Source of the DNA: Prochlorococcus sp. AH-736-L23
GTDB taxonomy: Bacteria; Cyanobacteriota; Cyanobacteriia; PCC-6307; Cyanobiaceae
Reading direction: 5' to 3'
NCBI GenBank assembly: GCA_028141225.1
Contig: JAOIPS010000002.1
Span: 20,557-84,556 of the forward strand
Length of the DNA stretch: 64,000 nucleotides
Both the position numbers and the translations under genes were made by a program. The number at the start of each line of letters is the position of its first letter. Positions within the stretch are counted from its first letter, which is position 1. Shown in pieces: positions 52,918 to 62,830 of this stretch. The notes under the pieces were generated by a model, which was not told the DNA's origin, searched no databases, and was given only the letters and a program-made list of their open reading frames with translations.

Positions 52918-54330
52918 TTACTTTAAATGTTTTTCATTTAAAATTGACCAGAAATTATGACAATCACCAGCTCCCATATTCAAAATTAAATCTCCTTTTC
53001 GAGTTAATTCGTAAAAATTCTTTGTAACTTCATAATAATTATTTATGTAACTAACATTTTTATTTCTTTTATAAATCAGATCAGTGATAATTTTCGAAGT
53101 AATTTTATCTTCGTTTTCTTCTCCTGCTCCATAAATACTGGTTACATAAATAACATCTGCTTTTGATAATTCTTCAGCGAATTCTTTAGTAAATTGCTTT
53201 ACGCGAGAGTATCTATGAGGTTGAAAAATTGCTATTAATCTACTTTTTTCATATTCATTATTATTTTTTTGCTGAATAAATAATCTTCCTAATTTAATCG
53301 TCTCTTTTATTTCGTTTGGGTGATGTGCATAATCATCATATAAACTTCTTTCATCTATTTGGCCTCTGAATTCAAATCTTTTTTTTGGTAGTTTCAGATA
53401 TTTTATATTTTTTTTAATTTCTAAAAAATTTACTCCTATCATTCTTGAAGCTGCTATTGCTGCAGTAACATTAGATAAATTGTGCAATCCAGGAATTGGA
53501 ATATTTAAACTACTAATAAAATTTCCATTTTCATAATATTTTCCAATTGTATACTTTGAATTAATTTCAGTCGGGATTATTGCATAAGCTACATTTTTAG
53601 CCGTAGTGTTTGACCACTTACAATTAGAACAAAAATTATTTCTTGAGGTTTCACAATCAAAATTAAGTAATAATTTTTTAGAATTACTAGCGAAATTTTT
53701 AAAAGAAGATATGACTTCACTTAAGTTAGAAAAGTGATCGCAATGATCAAAATCAATGTTATTGATTATTCCAATATCAGATTTATATTTGTTAATTGTT
53801 CCGTCAGATTCATCAACTTCAGCTACTAGGTATTTTGTATTTTCTAGATGACAATTAGAGTTATAGATAGGAATTATTCCACCAGTTATTGAAGAAGAAT
53901 TATTTGTACATAACTCAAGTATTGTAGAAAGAAATGTACTGGTTGATGTTTTTCCGTGGCTGCCTGCTACCGCCAATACAGTGTAAGTGCGCATTAGCAT
54001 TGCAAGTATCTCTGAACGATGTTTTATTGATAAATTTTTTTCTCTGCAGTACGAAAATTCTTCATTTTCTGGCTTGATCGCAGAACTTACAACAAAATTA
54101 ATCAATTTGTTGGTAAATTTTGAAATTACAAATTCGATATTTTGTCGAACTTGAGTAGTAAATATGACTGCACCTAATTTCTCTAATTTATTAGTTTCGT
54201 CGTTTTTAACCAAATCAGACCCCGAAACTGAACAACCTTTTTTAAGTAAACCTATTGCTAATGCTGACATCCCAATACCTCCAATCCCTACAAAATGAAA
54301 ATGACTTTTAGACAGTAATTCTTTATCCAA
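52918..54330 (-). CDS. murC: UDP-N-acetylmuramate--L-alanine ligase
   Basis: HFVGIGGIGMS, GSHGKTST, EVDESD, DDYAHHP and FQPHRYSR motifs. Confidence 0.96.
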   Translation of the reverse strand: MDKELLSKSHFHFVGIGGIGMSALAIGLLKKGCSVSGSDLVKNDETNKLEKLGAVIFTTQVRQNIEFVISKFTNKLINFVVSSAIKPENEEFSYCREKNLSIKHRSEILAMLMRTYTVLAVAGSHGKTSTSTFLSTILELCTNNSSSITGGIIPIYNSNCHLENTKYLVAEVDESDGTINKYKSDIGIINNIDFDHCDHFSNLSEVISSFKNFASNSKKLLLNFDCETSRNNFCSNCKWSNTTAKNVAYAIIPTEINSKYTIGKYYENGNFISSLNIPIPGLHNLSNVTAAIAASRMIGVNFLEIKKNIKYLKLPKKRFEFRGQIDERSLYDDYAHHPNEIKETIKLGRLFIQQKNNNEYEKSRLIAIFQPHRYSRVKQFTKEFAEELSKADVIYVTSIYGAGEENEDKITSKIITDLIYKRNKNVSYINNYYEVTKNFYELTRKGDLILNMGAGDCHNFWSILNEKHLK

Positions 54331-54523
54331 TTTTTATCTTTTACTTAAATCAAAATAACTTCTAGGTAAAATTTTGCTATTTTTTTCTTAAAAAAAATGG
54401 TTTTTTTTCTTGAATTAATACAAAACTAGACTTATTTGCTTAATAAATCAAAAAAACCTTACGTTATTGCACAAAATTCAGTATGATCAGCAACTTAGGT
54501 TAATCATTTAGAAATTATTAGTT

Positions 54524-55546
54524 ATGACTTTGCGTGTTGCAATTAACGGCTTTGGCAGAATTGGTCGAAACTTTATGCGTTGTTGGCTTAGTAGAGGTGC
54601 TTACACCAATATTGAAGTAGTTGGAATTAACGTTACCTCAGATCCTAAGACTAATGCTCATCTATTAAAGTATGACTCAGTCCTTGGTCAACTTGATGGT
54701 GTTGATATTCAATATACTGATGATACTTTTGTAATTAATAACAAGACAATTAAGTGTTTCTCTGATAGAAACCCAATGAATCTCCCTTGGAAAGACTGGG
54801 GTGTAGATTTGGTTATTGAATCTACTGGAGTATTTAATACAGACGTTGGTGCAAGCAAGCACTTAGAGGTTGGAGCAAAAAAAGTCATCTTAACTGCTCC
54901 TGGTAAAGGCGATGGTGTTGGTACTTATGTAGTTGGAGTCAATGCTGATACATATAAACATAAAGATTATGATATTTTGAGTAATGCTAGTTGTACAACG
55001 AACTGCTTGGCTCCAGTAGTGAAAGTTTTAGACCAAACTTTCGGAATTAACAAAGGTTTGATGACTACAATTCATAGTTATACAGGAGATCAAAGAATTT
55101 TAGATAATAGTCATAGAGATCTAAGAAGGGCTAGAGCCGCTGCTACAAATATCGTTCCTACTTCCACAGGAGCTGCAAAAGCAGTAGCTCTGGTATACCC
55201 AGAAATGAAAGGCAAATTAACAGGAATTGCAATGAGAGTTCCAACTCCTAACGTTTCAGCAGTAGATTTTGTTTTTGAATCTTCTAAATCTGTCACAGCA
55301 GAAGAAGTTAATAACGCCCTCAAGGAAGCATCCCTAAGTTCAATGAAAGGCATTATTAAGTATGGAGATGAACCATTAGTGTCAAGCGATTATGCAGGAA
55401 CCAATGAATCATCAATTGTAGATAGTGACCTTACTATGTGTATCGGAGATAACCTTGTAAAGGTCCTTGCATGGTATGACAATGAGTGGGGTTATAGTCA
55501 AAGAGTTGTAGATTTAGCAGAGATTGTTGCTAAAAATTGGGAGTAA
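54524..55546 (+). CDS. gap: Glyceraldehyde-3-phosphate dehydrogenase (cyanobacterial Gap2-type)
   Basis: [28 protein letters not shown] and WYDNEWGYS motifs. Confidence 0.97.
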   Translation: MTLRVAINGFGRIGRNFMRCWLSRGAYTNIEVVGINVTSDPKTNAHLLKYDSVLGQLDGVDIQYTDDTFVINNKTIKCFSDRNPMNLPWKDWGVDLVIESTGVFNTDVGASKHLEVGAKKVILTAPGKGDGVGTYVVGVNADTYKHKDYDILSNASCTTNCLAPVVKVLDQTFGINKGLMTTIHSYTGDQRILDNSHRDLRRARAAATNIVPTSTGAAKAVALVYPEMKGKLTGIAMRVPTPNVSAVDFVFESSKSVTAEEVNNALKEASLSSMKGIIKYGDEPLVSSDYAGTNESSIVDSDLTMCIGDNLVKVLAWYDNEWGYSQRVVDLAEIVAKNWE

Positions 55547-56532
55547 TTAAAAGTGTTTGAAAGGTGTGTTATTAAACAATTTGTTTTTTTTATTATCTTT
55601 AAATTCTATTGACGGTTCACCATCAGAAAAAAAACCAATCTCGTGAATATCTTTATTAAACTTAGATAAATTCTTTGCCCATTTTTTTGGCAATGAGAAA
55701 ACTAATTCATAATCTTCGCCTCCAAAAAAATAATATTCGTCCCATTTATCTCCTTTGGGCCAATCTTTATCTTTAGGTATTTTTTCATAATTTATGATAG
55801 CTTTGCAGTTGCTAGCGATTGCTAAATCTTGTAAGGCTTGAAATAGACCATCACTGCTGTCAGTGCATCCTATTCTGCTTATATTTTTGTCGGAGCGAGT
55901 TTTGAGGAGATTATTTAAAAAATTTGGGTACACGCTAGGGCGACAAAAATGTTCAATTGACTTAATGATTAATCTTTCATTAAGAGAAATTTCATTATCG
56001 AAATTAATTTTATTTTGTATTAAAAATCCCAGTTTGCTTAGACCATGAATTCCCGTAGTTAAGATTATATCTCCGGGTTTACATGCATTTCTTCTTAGTT
56101 CGAGTTCGCCTTGTATGCCAAAGGCCGTAATTGAAATGATTTTTTCATTCCCCTTTGAGCAATCTCCCCCTAGAATCACCCCGCCATATTCTTTTAATGC
56201 TTTATTTATTCCTTTGTATAATTCTTCAACCCAAATCCACTCAGTTTTGGCAGGTAGAACTAGGCTTATTGTAATACCAATAGTTTTTTGCTTCCACTGG
56301 ATAATAAGTCAGAGATGTTGCTAACAACTGCTTTCCACCCAAGGTCTCCAGGACAAATAGTAATTTCATCGAAATGAACATTTTCCACCAAAGAATCAGT
56401 ATTAACAAGTAAATTTTCATTTTTAGTGTTGATTAAAGCGCAATCATCTGAAATTTGGTTTTCAGGCATAAATTTTCCTAGCCTATTTATTAATTCTTTT
56501 TCTCCAATATCTTTTAATATTTCTTTATGCAT
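55547..56532 (-). pseudogene. thiL: Thiamine-monophosphate kinase, frameshifted by one base (possibly a sequencing error)
   Basis: N-terminal half (GEKELI, DDCA, NISDL) is in 56266..56532 and C-terminal half (GGD, DSSDGL, GGEDYEL) in 55547..56179. One extra A in the A6 run at 56284-56289 joins them into a 328-aa ORF. Confidence 0.9.
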
Positions 56533-57616
56533 TTAATTTGAGGTTTTCAATCCCTTCTAAAACATCGATTGAAATTATTGTGTCATCTTTAGTCAGCTTT
56601 TCTAATACATCAAATCCATTTACAACGTAACCAAATGCAGCATTCCTCCCGTCAATTAAATTGCGACCTGCTGGATTTAATTCTGCTTCATATAAAAAGA
56701 AGAAAAATTGCGATGAGCCATCATCAACTGAGGAATTTGAATGGGACCATCCCATAGTTCCAAGTGTTGCAAAAGGTAAAGTTGGCGTCTCTGTATAAAA
56801 ACCTAAATCTTCAAAAGTTTGATTATAAAAAGTATCTTTTTCGTCAGGAATTCTAATTTCTAAGGGAACGTTACGCTCTTCGTTTGTTTCAGGATCTACA
56901 TAACCAATATCTTCACCAATTGGATCACCTGTTTGCAGTACAAAAAATTCTTCTGCTCTGTTGATAGGTAAATCTTTGTAGAAGTTTTTTGAAGATAAAT
57001 CTATAAATGCTCCTGCTGTAAGTGGGGCGTTAAATCCATCCACAATTGCTTGCATATCTCCTTTGGAGGTTTTTATATTGACTTTTGCTCTTCCCAGTAA
57101 TCTTGGTAAATTATCAAATTCCTGAGGAATAGAATATGGAAATTCATTAGGTAGGAAATATTCTTCTAATCCACCTATTTTATCTAAAGCATCTCTTCGT
57201 GTCGCTATAAATGAGTATTTATCCTTTGATTTAGTGAAATCTTGAAGACTATCAAAATTTTCTTTGAGCTCTAAAAATGTTTTTTCAGCAATTTTCTTTT
57301 TATCGTTTGGTATTTCTTGAATAATTTTATTCTGGTATTTTTTTAGTAAAGATTGACATTTTGTAACAGTTTTTGTAAGAGCAGGCCATCTTCCTCCTCT
57401 TATAAGGTCACTAGTTTCTTCTAATTTGTGTTGAAGTTCTTGTAACTCAAGTTGCTTGATAGGGAGTGCGTTTCTGAGGATTGCATTTGGGTCTTTTACT
57501 GCATTTCCAGTAGGTAAATCAGCTAGTACTTGAATCGGTTTTAAGAGAAAAACCTGTAAAATAACAATCGAAAGAATTAAGAAAAGTTTGTTCTGATTTG
57601 ATAAGAATTTTTGCAT
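56525..57616 (-). CDS. Cyclophilin-type peptidyl-prolyl isomerase, TLP40/CYP38-like (exported)
   Basis: Signal peptide, helical N domain, [21 protein letters not shown] and [10 protein letters not shown] motifs. Confidence 0.9.
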   Translation of the reverse strand: MQKFLSNQNKLFLILSIVILQVFLLKPIQVLADLPTGNAVKDPNAILRNALPIKQLELQELQHKLEETSDLIRGGRWPALTKTVTKCQSLLKKYQNKIIQEIPNDKKKIAEKTFLELKENFDSLQDFTKSKDKYSFIATRRDALDKIGGLEEYFLPNEFPYSIPQEFDNLPRLLGRAKVNIKTSKGDMQAIVDGFNAPLTAGAFIDLSSKNFYKDLPINRAEEFFVLQTGDPIGEDIGYVDPETNEERNVPLEIRIPDEKDTFYNQTFEDLGFYTETPTLPFATLGTMGWSHSNSSVDDGSSQFFFFLYEAELNPAGRNLIDGRNAAFGYVVNGFDVLEKLTKDDTIISIDVLEGIENLKLNA

Positions 57617-57659
57617 AGCACTCTTGCAGGTTTATGATCCTTGGGGATGTAATACAGGA

Positions 57660-58220
57660 ATGATTTCCAGTAACGATTTTCGCACAGGTACTACCATCGA
57701 ATTGGATGGACAAGTTTGGCGTGTTGTAGAATTTCTACATGTCAAGCCTGGCAAGGGTTCTGCTTTTGTGCGAACAAAATTAAAATCAGTTCAAAGCGGC
57801 AACGTGGTTGAAAAAACTTTTCGAGCCGGAGAATCAGTACAGCAGGCTATCCTTGAGAAGTCTAACCTGCAGCATACTTATGTGGAGTCTGGTGATTATG
57901 TTTTTATGGATATGATAAGTTTTGAAGAGACAAGACTTACCTCTGAACAAATCGGCAAAGGAGCAAAGTATTTGAAAGAGGGAATGGAGGTTAATGTAAT
58001 TTTTTATAATGGTAAAGTTTTAGAAGTAGAACTTCCAATATCTATTACCTTGAAAGTTACAGAGACTGATCCAGGAGTTAAAGGTGATACTGCAAGTGGG
58101 GGCACGAAACCCGCTATTCTAGAAACGGGTGCTCAAGTTATGGTTCCTTTATTTATTTCTGTCGGAGAAATGATTAAAGTTGATACTCGTAATGACAGTT
58201 ACCTTGGACGTGAAAATTAA
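57660..58220 (+). CDS. efp: Elongation factor P
   Basis: [22 protein letters not shown] and VPLFI motifs. Confidence 0.97.
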   Translation: MISSNDFRTGTTIELDGQVWRVVEFLHVKPGKGSAFVRTKLKSVQSGNVVEKTFRAGESVQQAILEKSNLQHTYVESGDYVFMDMISFEETRLTSEQIGKGAKYLKEGMEVNVIFYNGKVLEVELPISITLKVTETDPGVKGDTASGGTKPAILETGAQVMVPLFISVGEMIKVDTRNDSYLGREN

Positions 58221-58726
58221 TGGCTATGAAATTAGATCATGATGATTTAAACCGCTTAATAGAGAAACTCTCTACAAGCGACATACAAGAGTTCTTGCTG
58301 GAGGGGGAAGATTTTAAACTCGAAATAAAAAGGAATGTATTTGATCAGAACCAAGTTATTAATAATTTAGTTTCTAGTACTTCATTTGATAAGCAAACAA
58401 TTGCTAATCAAAAGTCTATTAATGATCACATCCCTGTCGTAAATGAGCCTGAGGAGCCTCAGGTAGCTCCCCTAGGACGTTCTGATCTAACTGAAATTAC
58501 TTCTCCTATGGTAGGGACTTTTTATAGGGCTGCAGCGCCTGGAGAGGAGCCATTCGTCGAAGTGGGGAATAATGTAAAGGTCGGTCAAACTATTTGTATT
58601 TTGGAAGCAATGAAGTTAATGAACGAAATTGAATCTGAATTTAATGCTGAAATAATTGAGATTCTCGTTGAAAATGGAACACCAGTAGAGTTTGGTCAAG
58701 TTTTAATGCGTGTTAAGCAGTCTTGA
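58220..58726 (+). CDS. accB: Acetyl-CoA carboxylase biotin carboxyl carrier protein
   Basis: SPMVGTFY and EAMKLMNEI biotinylation motif. TAATG-coupled to efp. Confidence 0.97.
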   Translation: MAMKLDHDDLNRLIEKLSTSDIQEFLLEGEDFKLEIKRNVFDQNQVINNLVSSTSFDKQTIANQKSINDHIPVVNEPEEPQVAPLGRSDLTEITSPMVGTFYRAAAPGEEPFVEVGNNVKVGQTICILEAMKLMNEIESEFNAEIIEILVENGTPVEFGQVLMRVKQS

Positions 58727-59737
58727 ATTATTAGTCATTTCTACGGCAGACTTAATAGCCTCAATCATACTCTGAGATTGAGCAATTCCTTTGCCAGCAA
58801 TATCAAATCCCGTTCCATGATCCGGAGATGTTCTTATAAAGGGTAAACCGATTGTGGTATTGACTGAGTAATTAAGAGCTATCACTTTCATTGGTATTAA
58901 ACCTTGATCATGATACATAGCAAGAATGCCATCATGCTTTTCAGCATTTTTGTCACTCCATGCTTTTATAGAAGAATTCCAGCAACTATCTGGTGATAAA
59001 GGGCCTAATAATTTAATACCTTTATTTTTTGCTTTCCAAGTAACTAATGCATCATTGAGCCAATCTTTCTCTTCATGACCTAGGATCCCCTCTTCACCAG
59101 CATGTGGATTTAATCCTGCCACTCTTAAAAAAGGTTTATCAGTATAGGTATTACAAAAATCTTTTAAAAGATCCAATTTAGAGTGGATTAATTCTGTTGT
59201 TAATTTCTTGGGAACCTCAGAAAGGGCTATATGGGTTGTCGCTAATAAAGTATTAAATCTCCAACCTGTAATTGGTGATTTAGCTGTGAATAGCATGCCA
59301 ACGTTTTTTACTCTACATGATTTTGCTAGTACTTCAGTTTGACCAGAGAAGTAATGACCTGCTAGAGCCCATGATTTCTTGCAAATTGGTCCAGTTACAA
59401 GTGCTGAATTGGGATATTGTTTTACAATTTCTATTGCTTTTGTTAGATATTGAAAACTTGAATTGCCGTAACTTGATTTAGGGTTATTGTCTGATGAAAA
59501 AATTTCGAGATCATGAATCTTGAAATTTTTTGGATTTGCAAGGTTCTCTAATCCTAATGATCTAAGATGTGCATATGTATTTTGTAGATTTTTTTTTGAT
59601 CCAACCAATATAAAGTCAATATTTTTTGGTATCTGATTAGAACAAAGTGCTTTTAAGATTATTTCAGGTCCAATACCTGAATCATCTCCTACGCTCAATA
59701 TTATCTTCACTATTTTTTTTGTATTTTGAAAATTCAT
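58703..59737 (-). CDS. pdxA: 4-hydroxythreonine-4-phosphate dehydrogenase
   Basis: GIGPEI, LNPHAGE, AMYHDQGL and RTSPDHGT motifs. Confidence 0.95.
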   Translation of the reverse strand: MNFQNTKKIVKIILSVGDDSGIGPEIILKALCSNQIPKNIDFILVGSKKNLQNTYAHLRSLGLENLANPKNFKIHDLEIFSSDNNPKSSYGNSSFQYLTKAIEIVKQYPNSALVTGPICKKSWALAGHYFSGQTEVLAKSCRVKNVGMLFTAKSPITGWRFNTLLATTHIALSEVPKKLTTELIHSKLDLLKDFCNTYTDKPFLRVAGLNPHAGEEGILGHEEKDWLNDALVTWKAKNKGIKLLGPLSPDSCWNSSIKAWSDKNAEKHDGILAMYHDQGLIPMKVIALNYSVNTTIGLPFIRTSPDHGTGFDIAGKGIAQSQSMIEAIKSAVEMTNNSRLLNTH

Positions 59738-59756
59738 AAAAAGTTTTTAATTTTTT

Positions 59757-60635
59757 TTAACTGTTTAGATAGCAATTTTTTAAGCCTAATTTATAGTTTT
59801 TATAAATTAGTTTATATCCGAGTATTTCGCATAAAAGTTTGTTTGAAACTCTTCTATTTTCCATCCAAAAAGATTGAGCGATAGGGGATAGTTCATTTTT
59901 TACATCCTCAAATGATATGGGCTTTGGCATTAATACACCCAGTAAATCGTAGCAATATTGAATAACTTCTATCTGAGAACAGGGTTCATCATCTGCAATA
60001 TTAATAATTTGGTGAAACTTTAAATAATCTTTATTTTGTAATAAAAAAATAATCGCATGTGTAATATCAGCAACATGAACTCTTGAAAAAACTTGAGCTT
60101 TTTTTAAGATAACTCGAATTTTTTTATTTTTGATTGCTTCAAACGTAGATCTTCCAGGTCCATAGATACCAGGTAATCTAAAAATTTGCACGGGCAAACT
60201 AGATTCAATCCATTTTTTTTCGCAATTTAATCTATTATGACTCCTTTTTTGAAAAGGATTAGGCTGATCTGTCTCAGAAACCCACCCACCTTCAGTATTT
60301 CCATATACTCCTGTGGTAGACAAATATCCAACCCATTCAAGGGGTAAATCTTGTAATTTACTTTGAAGGCTTTCTAATACGGGATCATTTCCATTTTTGT
60401 CAGGAGGTATGCAACTAAGAATATGCGTGACTCCATCAAAAATTTTTTCATCAGGAATCATTCCGTTTTCACTGTTGAAAATAAAACTATTTGGGTCTTT
60501 TCTTGCAGATCTTGAGCTTGTTAAAACAGTGCAACCGAATTCTCTAATAGTTTTTGCAAAAAAACTACCGCTGAAACCACATCCCAAGATTAAAAATTTA
60601 TTTTTATTTCCGAGTAGACTTGCAGGCTTCTTCAT
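59757..60635 (-). CDS. NAD-dependent epimerase/dehydratase (atypical SDR)
   Basis: ILGCGFSG, YLSTTGVYG, RLPGIYGPGR and RVHVADI motifs. Confidence 0.9.
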   Translation of the reverse strand: MKKPASLLGNKNKFLILGCGFSGSFFAKTIREFGCTVLTSSRSARKDPNSFIFNSENGMIPDEKIFDGVTHILSCIPPDKNGNDPVLESLQSKLQDLPLEWVGYLSTTGVYGNTEGGWVSETDQPNPFQKRSHNRLNCEKKWIESSLPVQIFRLPGIYGPGRSTFEAIKNKKIRVILKKAQVFSRVHVADITHAIIFLLQNKDYLKFHQIINIADDEPCSQIEVIQYCYDLLGVLMPKPISFEDVKNELSPIAQSFWMENRRVSNKLLCEILGYKLIYKNYKLGLKNCYLNS

Positions 60636-60647
60636 TTTGGACTAAAG

Positions 60648-60663
60648 TAGTACATATGTATTA
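60648..60663. promoter_or_regulatory. Candidate LexA (SOS) box
   Basis: TAGTACA-TA-TGTATTA differs by one base from the palindromic cyanobacterial LexA consensus TAGTACA-N2-TGTACTA. It lies in a 32-bp divergent spacer. Confidence 0.6.
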
Positions 60664-60667
60664 ATTA

Positions 60668-60898
60668 ATGATGAAGACAAGTTTTGAGCCTGATTTAAAA
60701 TCAAAAACTTTCCGTGTTAACAAAAGTTACTCCAGTCTTGTAGAGAAAGAATTAAGTTTAGTTAATTATAAATTCTACCAAAAGCTGTTTGTCTTTCTTA
60801 TTTCATTGTCGACAATTTTAATATTCCCAGAATCGCCAAAAGAATTGGAAAATATATGCGAGAGTTACAACTCTAGAAAAATATGTAATGTTTGGTAG
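60668..60898 (+). CDS. Small single-TM hypothetical protein with C-terminal C-x8-C-xx-W
   Basis: 76-aa ATG ORF that fills the gap exactly. Hydrophobic segment LFVFLISLSTILIF. Confidence 0.7.
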   Translation: MMKTSFEPDLKSKTFRVNKSYSSLVEKELSLVNYKFYQKLFVFLISLSTILIFPESPKELENICESYNSRKICNVW

Positions 60899-61300
60899 TC
60901 AAGCTGCTTTATACTCTGATTCATCTTTTATGTGATTTTTATTTTTTAAATTAAAATTAGGACTAGCCCACTGTAGTAATCTAATAGCTAATCTTAAGTC
61001 TCCTTCTAACCAAGCTCTTATAGCCATTGCTCTTCGGGGATCATAAAATTTTTGCCTTCTATACCAATACAAAGCATTTTCATCTGATTTATCCCCATTA
61101 CATGAAAGACATGCAGGGACGCAGTTTTCTGTTGTACTTAATCCTCCCTGGCTTCGTGGTATTACATGATCAATAGATTCAGATGGTTTTCCGCAATATA
61201 TACAACTTTTGCCAGTAAACTTATGAATAGATTTTCGCCATTGTCTAAATCTGAACTTAGGACATAAATCCTCTAAAAACACCGCATCATTAATATGCAT
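60899..61300 (-). CDS. Stand-alone HNH endonuclease (McrA-type)
   Basis: CIYCG...IDHVIPRSQGG...NCVPACLSCN (zinc-binding HNH signature). Confidence 0.92.
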   Translation of the reverse strand: MHINDAVFLEDLCPKFRFRQWRKSIHKFTGKSCIYCGKPSESIDHVIPRSQGGLSTTENCVPACLSCNGDKSDENALYWYRRQKFYDPRRAMAIRAWLEGDLRLAIRLLQWASPNFNLKNKNHIKDESEYKAA

Positions 61301-61454
61301 TCAGAATGTTTAGTTAAATAAATAATCGCTTGAATATATTAAAAGTCAACATTTATTTATACTTTTTAGGCTAAATTTGCCAGTAAAAATATGATTTAGT
61401 GTGTTTAGCTACAAAATAGTATTTATAAAATTTATTATCTTTTGAAAACCTTAA

Positions 61455-61931
61455 CTAATAACTATATCTATCAAGTGTTTCATCAGTAAATTCATCATTA
61501 AACTCTTCAGAAATTTCTTCATTAGTTTCTTCTAATTCTTTTTTTAATCTTTTTCTTTTGTCTTCTCTATCTTTTGCTTCTTTTTCTTTTCTTTTTTCTT
61601 CTTTTTCTAAATCTCGTATTAGTTTTCTATTTGGATGCAGATTATCCAAAAATTCAACGCAATAACTAAATTTTTCTCTTTCTCTTATAACTGTTTCAGT
61701 AATTTGCGCTGCTGCATTTTTAGGTGAAACTTTGAAGAATCCTCCCTTTTGTTTTTTTATATACGTGTAAGCTGCGTCCCAACTACTTTCATGGTCATTT
61801 CCGCCATCTCTCATAGTACAAAAAATTTCCGCTCCAAATGCACTTGCATTTACTCTTGGTGTAGTAAAGGTGAGAGGAGCGAAAATTCCCAACGCTAATG
61901 ATATTAGTTTTTTCTTCTTCAATCTTTGCAT
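61455..61931 (-). CDS. Exported hypothetical protein with charged C-terminal tail
   Basis: Signal-peptide-like N terminus, two Cys, and an E/K-rich then acidic tail. Confidence 0.75.
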   Translation of the reverse strand: MQRLKKKKLISLALGIFAPLTFTTPRVNASAFGAEIFCTMRDGGNDHESSWDAAYTYIKKQKGGFFKVSPKNAAAQITETVIREREKFSYCVEFLDNLHPNRKLIRDLEKEEKRKEKEAKDREDKRKRLKKELEETNEEISEEFNDEFTDETLDRYSY

Positions 61932-61986
61932 AGGCTTTTATCTTCTATTTAAAAATATCTTTTATTGTGAATATGTCTATAGAAAT

Positions 61987-62499
61987 TTAAGATTTAATCA
62001 CTCCAAATATATTCAATAATTTCACAACTAAAGGAAGAATTAAGAGTACAGTAATCAATCTGACAGCGTGTAAAGTTGCTACCGCAGGTCCTACTCCGTA
62101 CTCAGAGCCTACAAGACTCATTCCGCTAATTCCTCCTGGTGCAGCTCCTAGAATTGTTGTGATTATATCTATCTTAAGTAATCTGCTTGTCCATAATCCA
62201 ATTGCTAATCCAGTAATAACTAAAGTAAAAGTTATTAATATAGCTGGTCTCCATAAATTTTGAATCTCAACTAATGAGTCTTTTGTTAATGATGTACCAA
62301 TGACTGTTCCAATTCCGATTTCTAAAATTGTTCTTGTTCCTATTGGCCACTCTGCGATGTCGACTTTGCCACTTATGCTAAGTATGCTTGCTCCTATTAA
62401 AGCACCTGCCAGAGGTGCCGCAGGAATACCTGTTTTTAGAGCTAAAGCTCCAAAAATACAACCTGCAAAAAGATAATAGATTAGATTTATGTTAGGCAT
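61987..62499 (-). CDS. Membrane AbrB-family (AidB regulator/putative ammonia monooxygenase-like) protein, single repeat
   Basis: IPAAPLAGAL, IGTVIG, APGG and VATLHAVRL motifs with about 5 TM segments. Confidence 0.8.
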   Translation of the reverse strand: MPNINLIYYLFAGCIFGALALKTGIPAAPLAGALIGASILSISGKVDIAEWPIGTRTILEIGIGTVIGTSLTKDSLVEIQNLWRPAILITFTLVITGLAIGLWTSRLLKIDIITTILGAAPGGISGMSLVGSEYGVGPAVATLHAVRLITVLLILPLVVKLLNIFGVIKS

Positions 62500-62631
62500 A
62501 AATTTCAAAGATGTTTGAACATAATATTAGAAAAAATTTTTTTTGTTTAAGTTTATAGTCAAATAATATTTTTAGTTTCTCTCGTAATGTCCCCTTTTGT
62601 TGGCATAATATTAACTAAAGCATGAACTTTT

Positions 62632-62829
62632 ATGTCTTCACAAATTTCATACAAAGATAATAGAAACCGCATAAAGAAAAAATTATCTTTTTTTGAGGGT
62701 GGCCACCAGCTTGAAAAATTAGAGTTTGCCCTTGCAATTGCTCAAACGAAAGGTGATGAAAAAAAATCAATAGTTCTTAGAAAAAAGATTGTTGAATTAG
62801 GTGGAAACGTTGAAGAGCCAGGTACTTAA
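62632..62829 (+). CDS. Small hypothetical protein
   Basis: 65-aa ATG ORF (FFEGGHQLEKLEFALA...LGGNVEEPGT) that fills the gap. Confidence 0.75.
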   Translation: MSSQISYKDNRNRIKKKLSFFEGGHQLEKLEFALAIAQTKGDEKKSIVLRKKIVELGGNVEEPGT

Positions 62830-62830
62830 C

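Noticed and set aside
1377-60645. Numerous 60-160 aa ORFs antisense or internal to conserved genes (e.g. 1599-1982, 9298-9705, 28303-28785, 33606-34022, 42584-42955, 49605-49973)
   Set aside because: They lie within well-supported housekeeping genes, have no recognisable motifs, and are expected by chance from codon bias.
60899-61454. HNH gene as an IscB/HEARO-type or other mobile or defence element with an upstream ncRNA
   Set aside because: It is only 133 aa with no RuvC or PLMP motif and no transposase, methylase or terminal repeats. The 154-bp upstream spacer is AT-rich with only an A/T-only inverted repeat.
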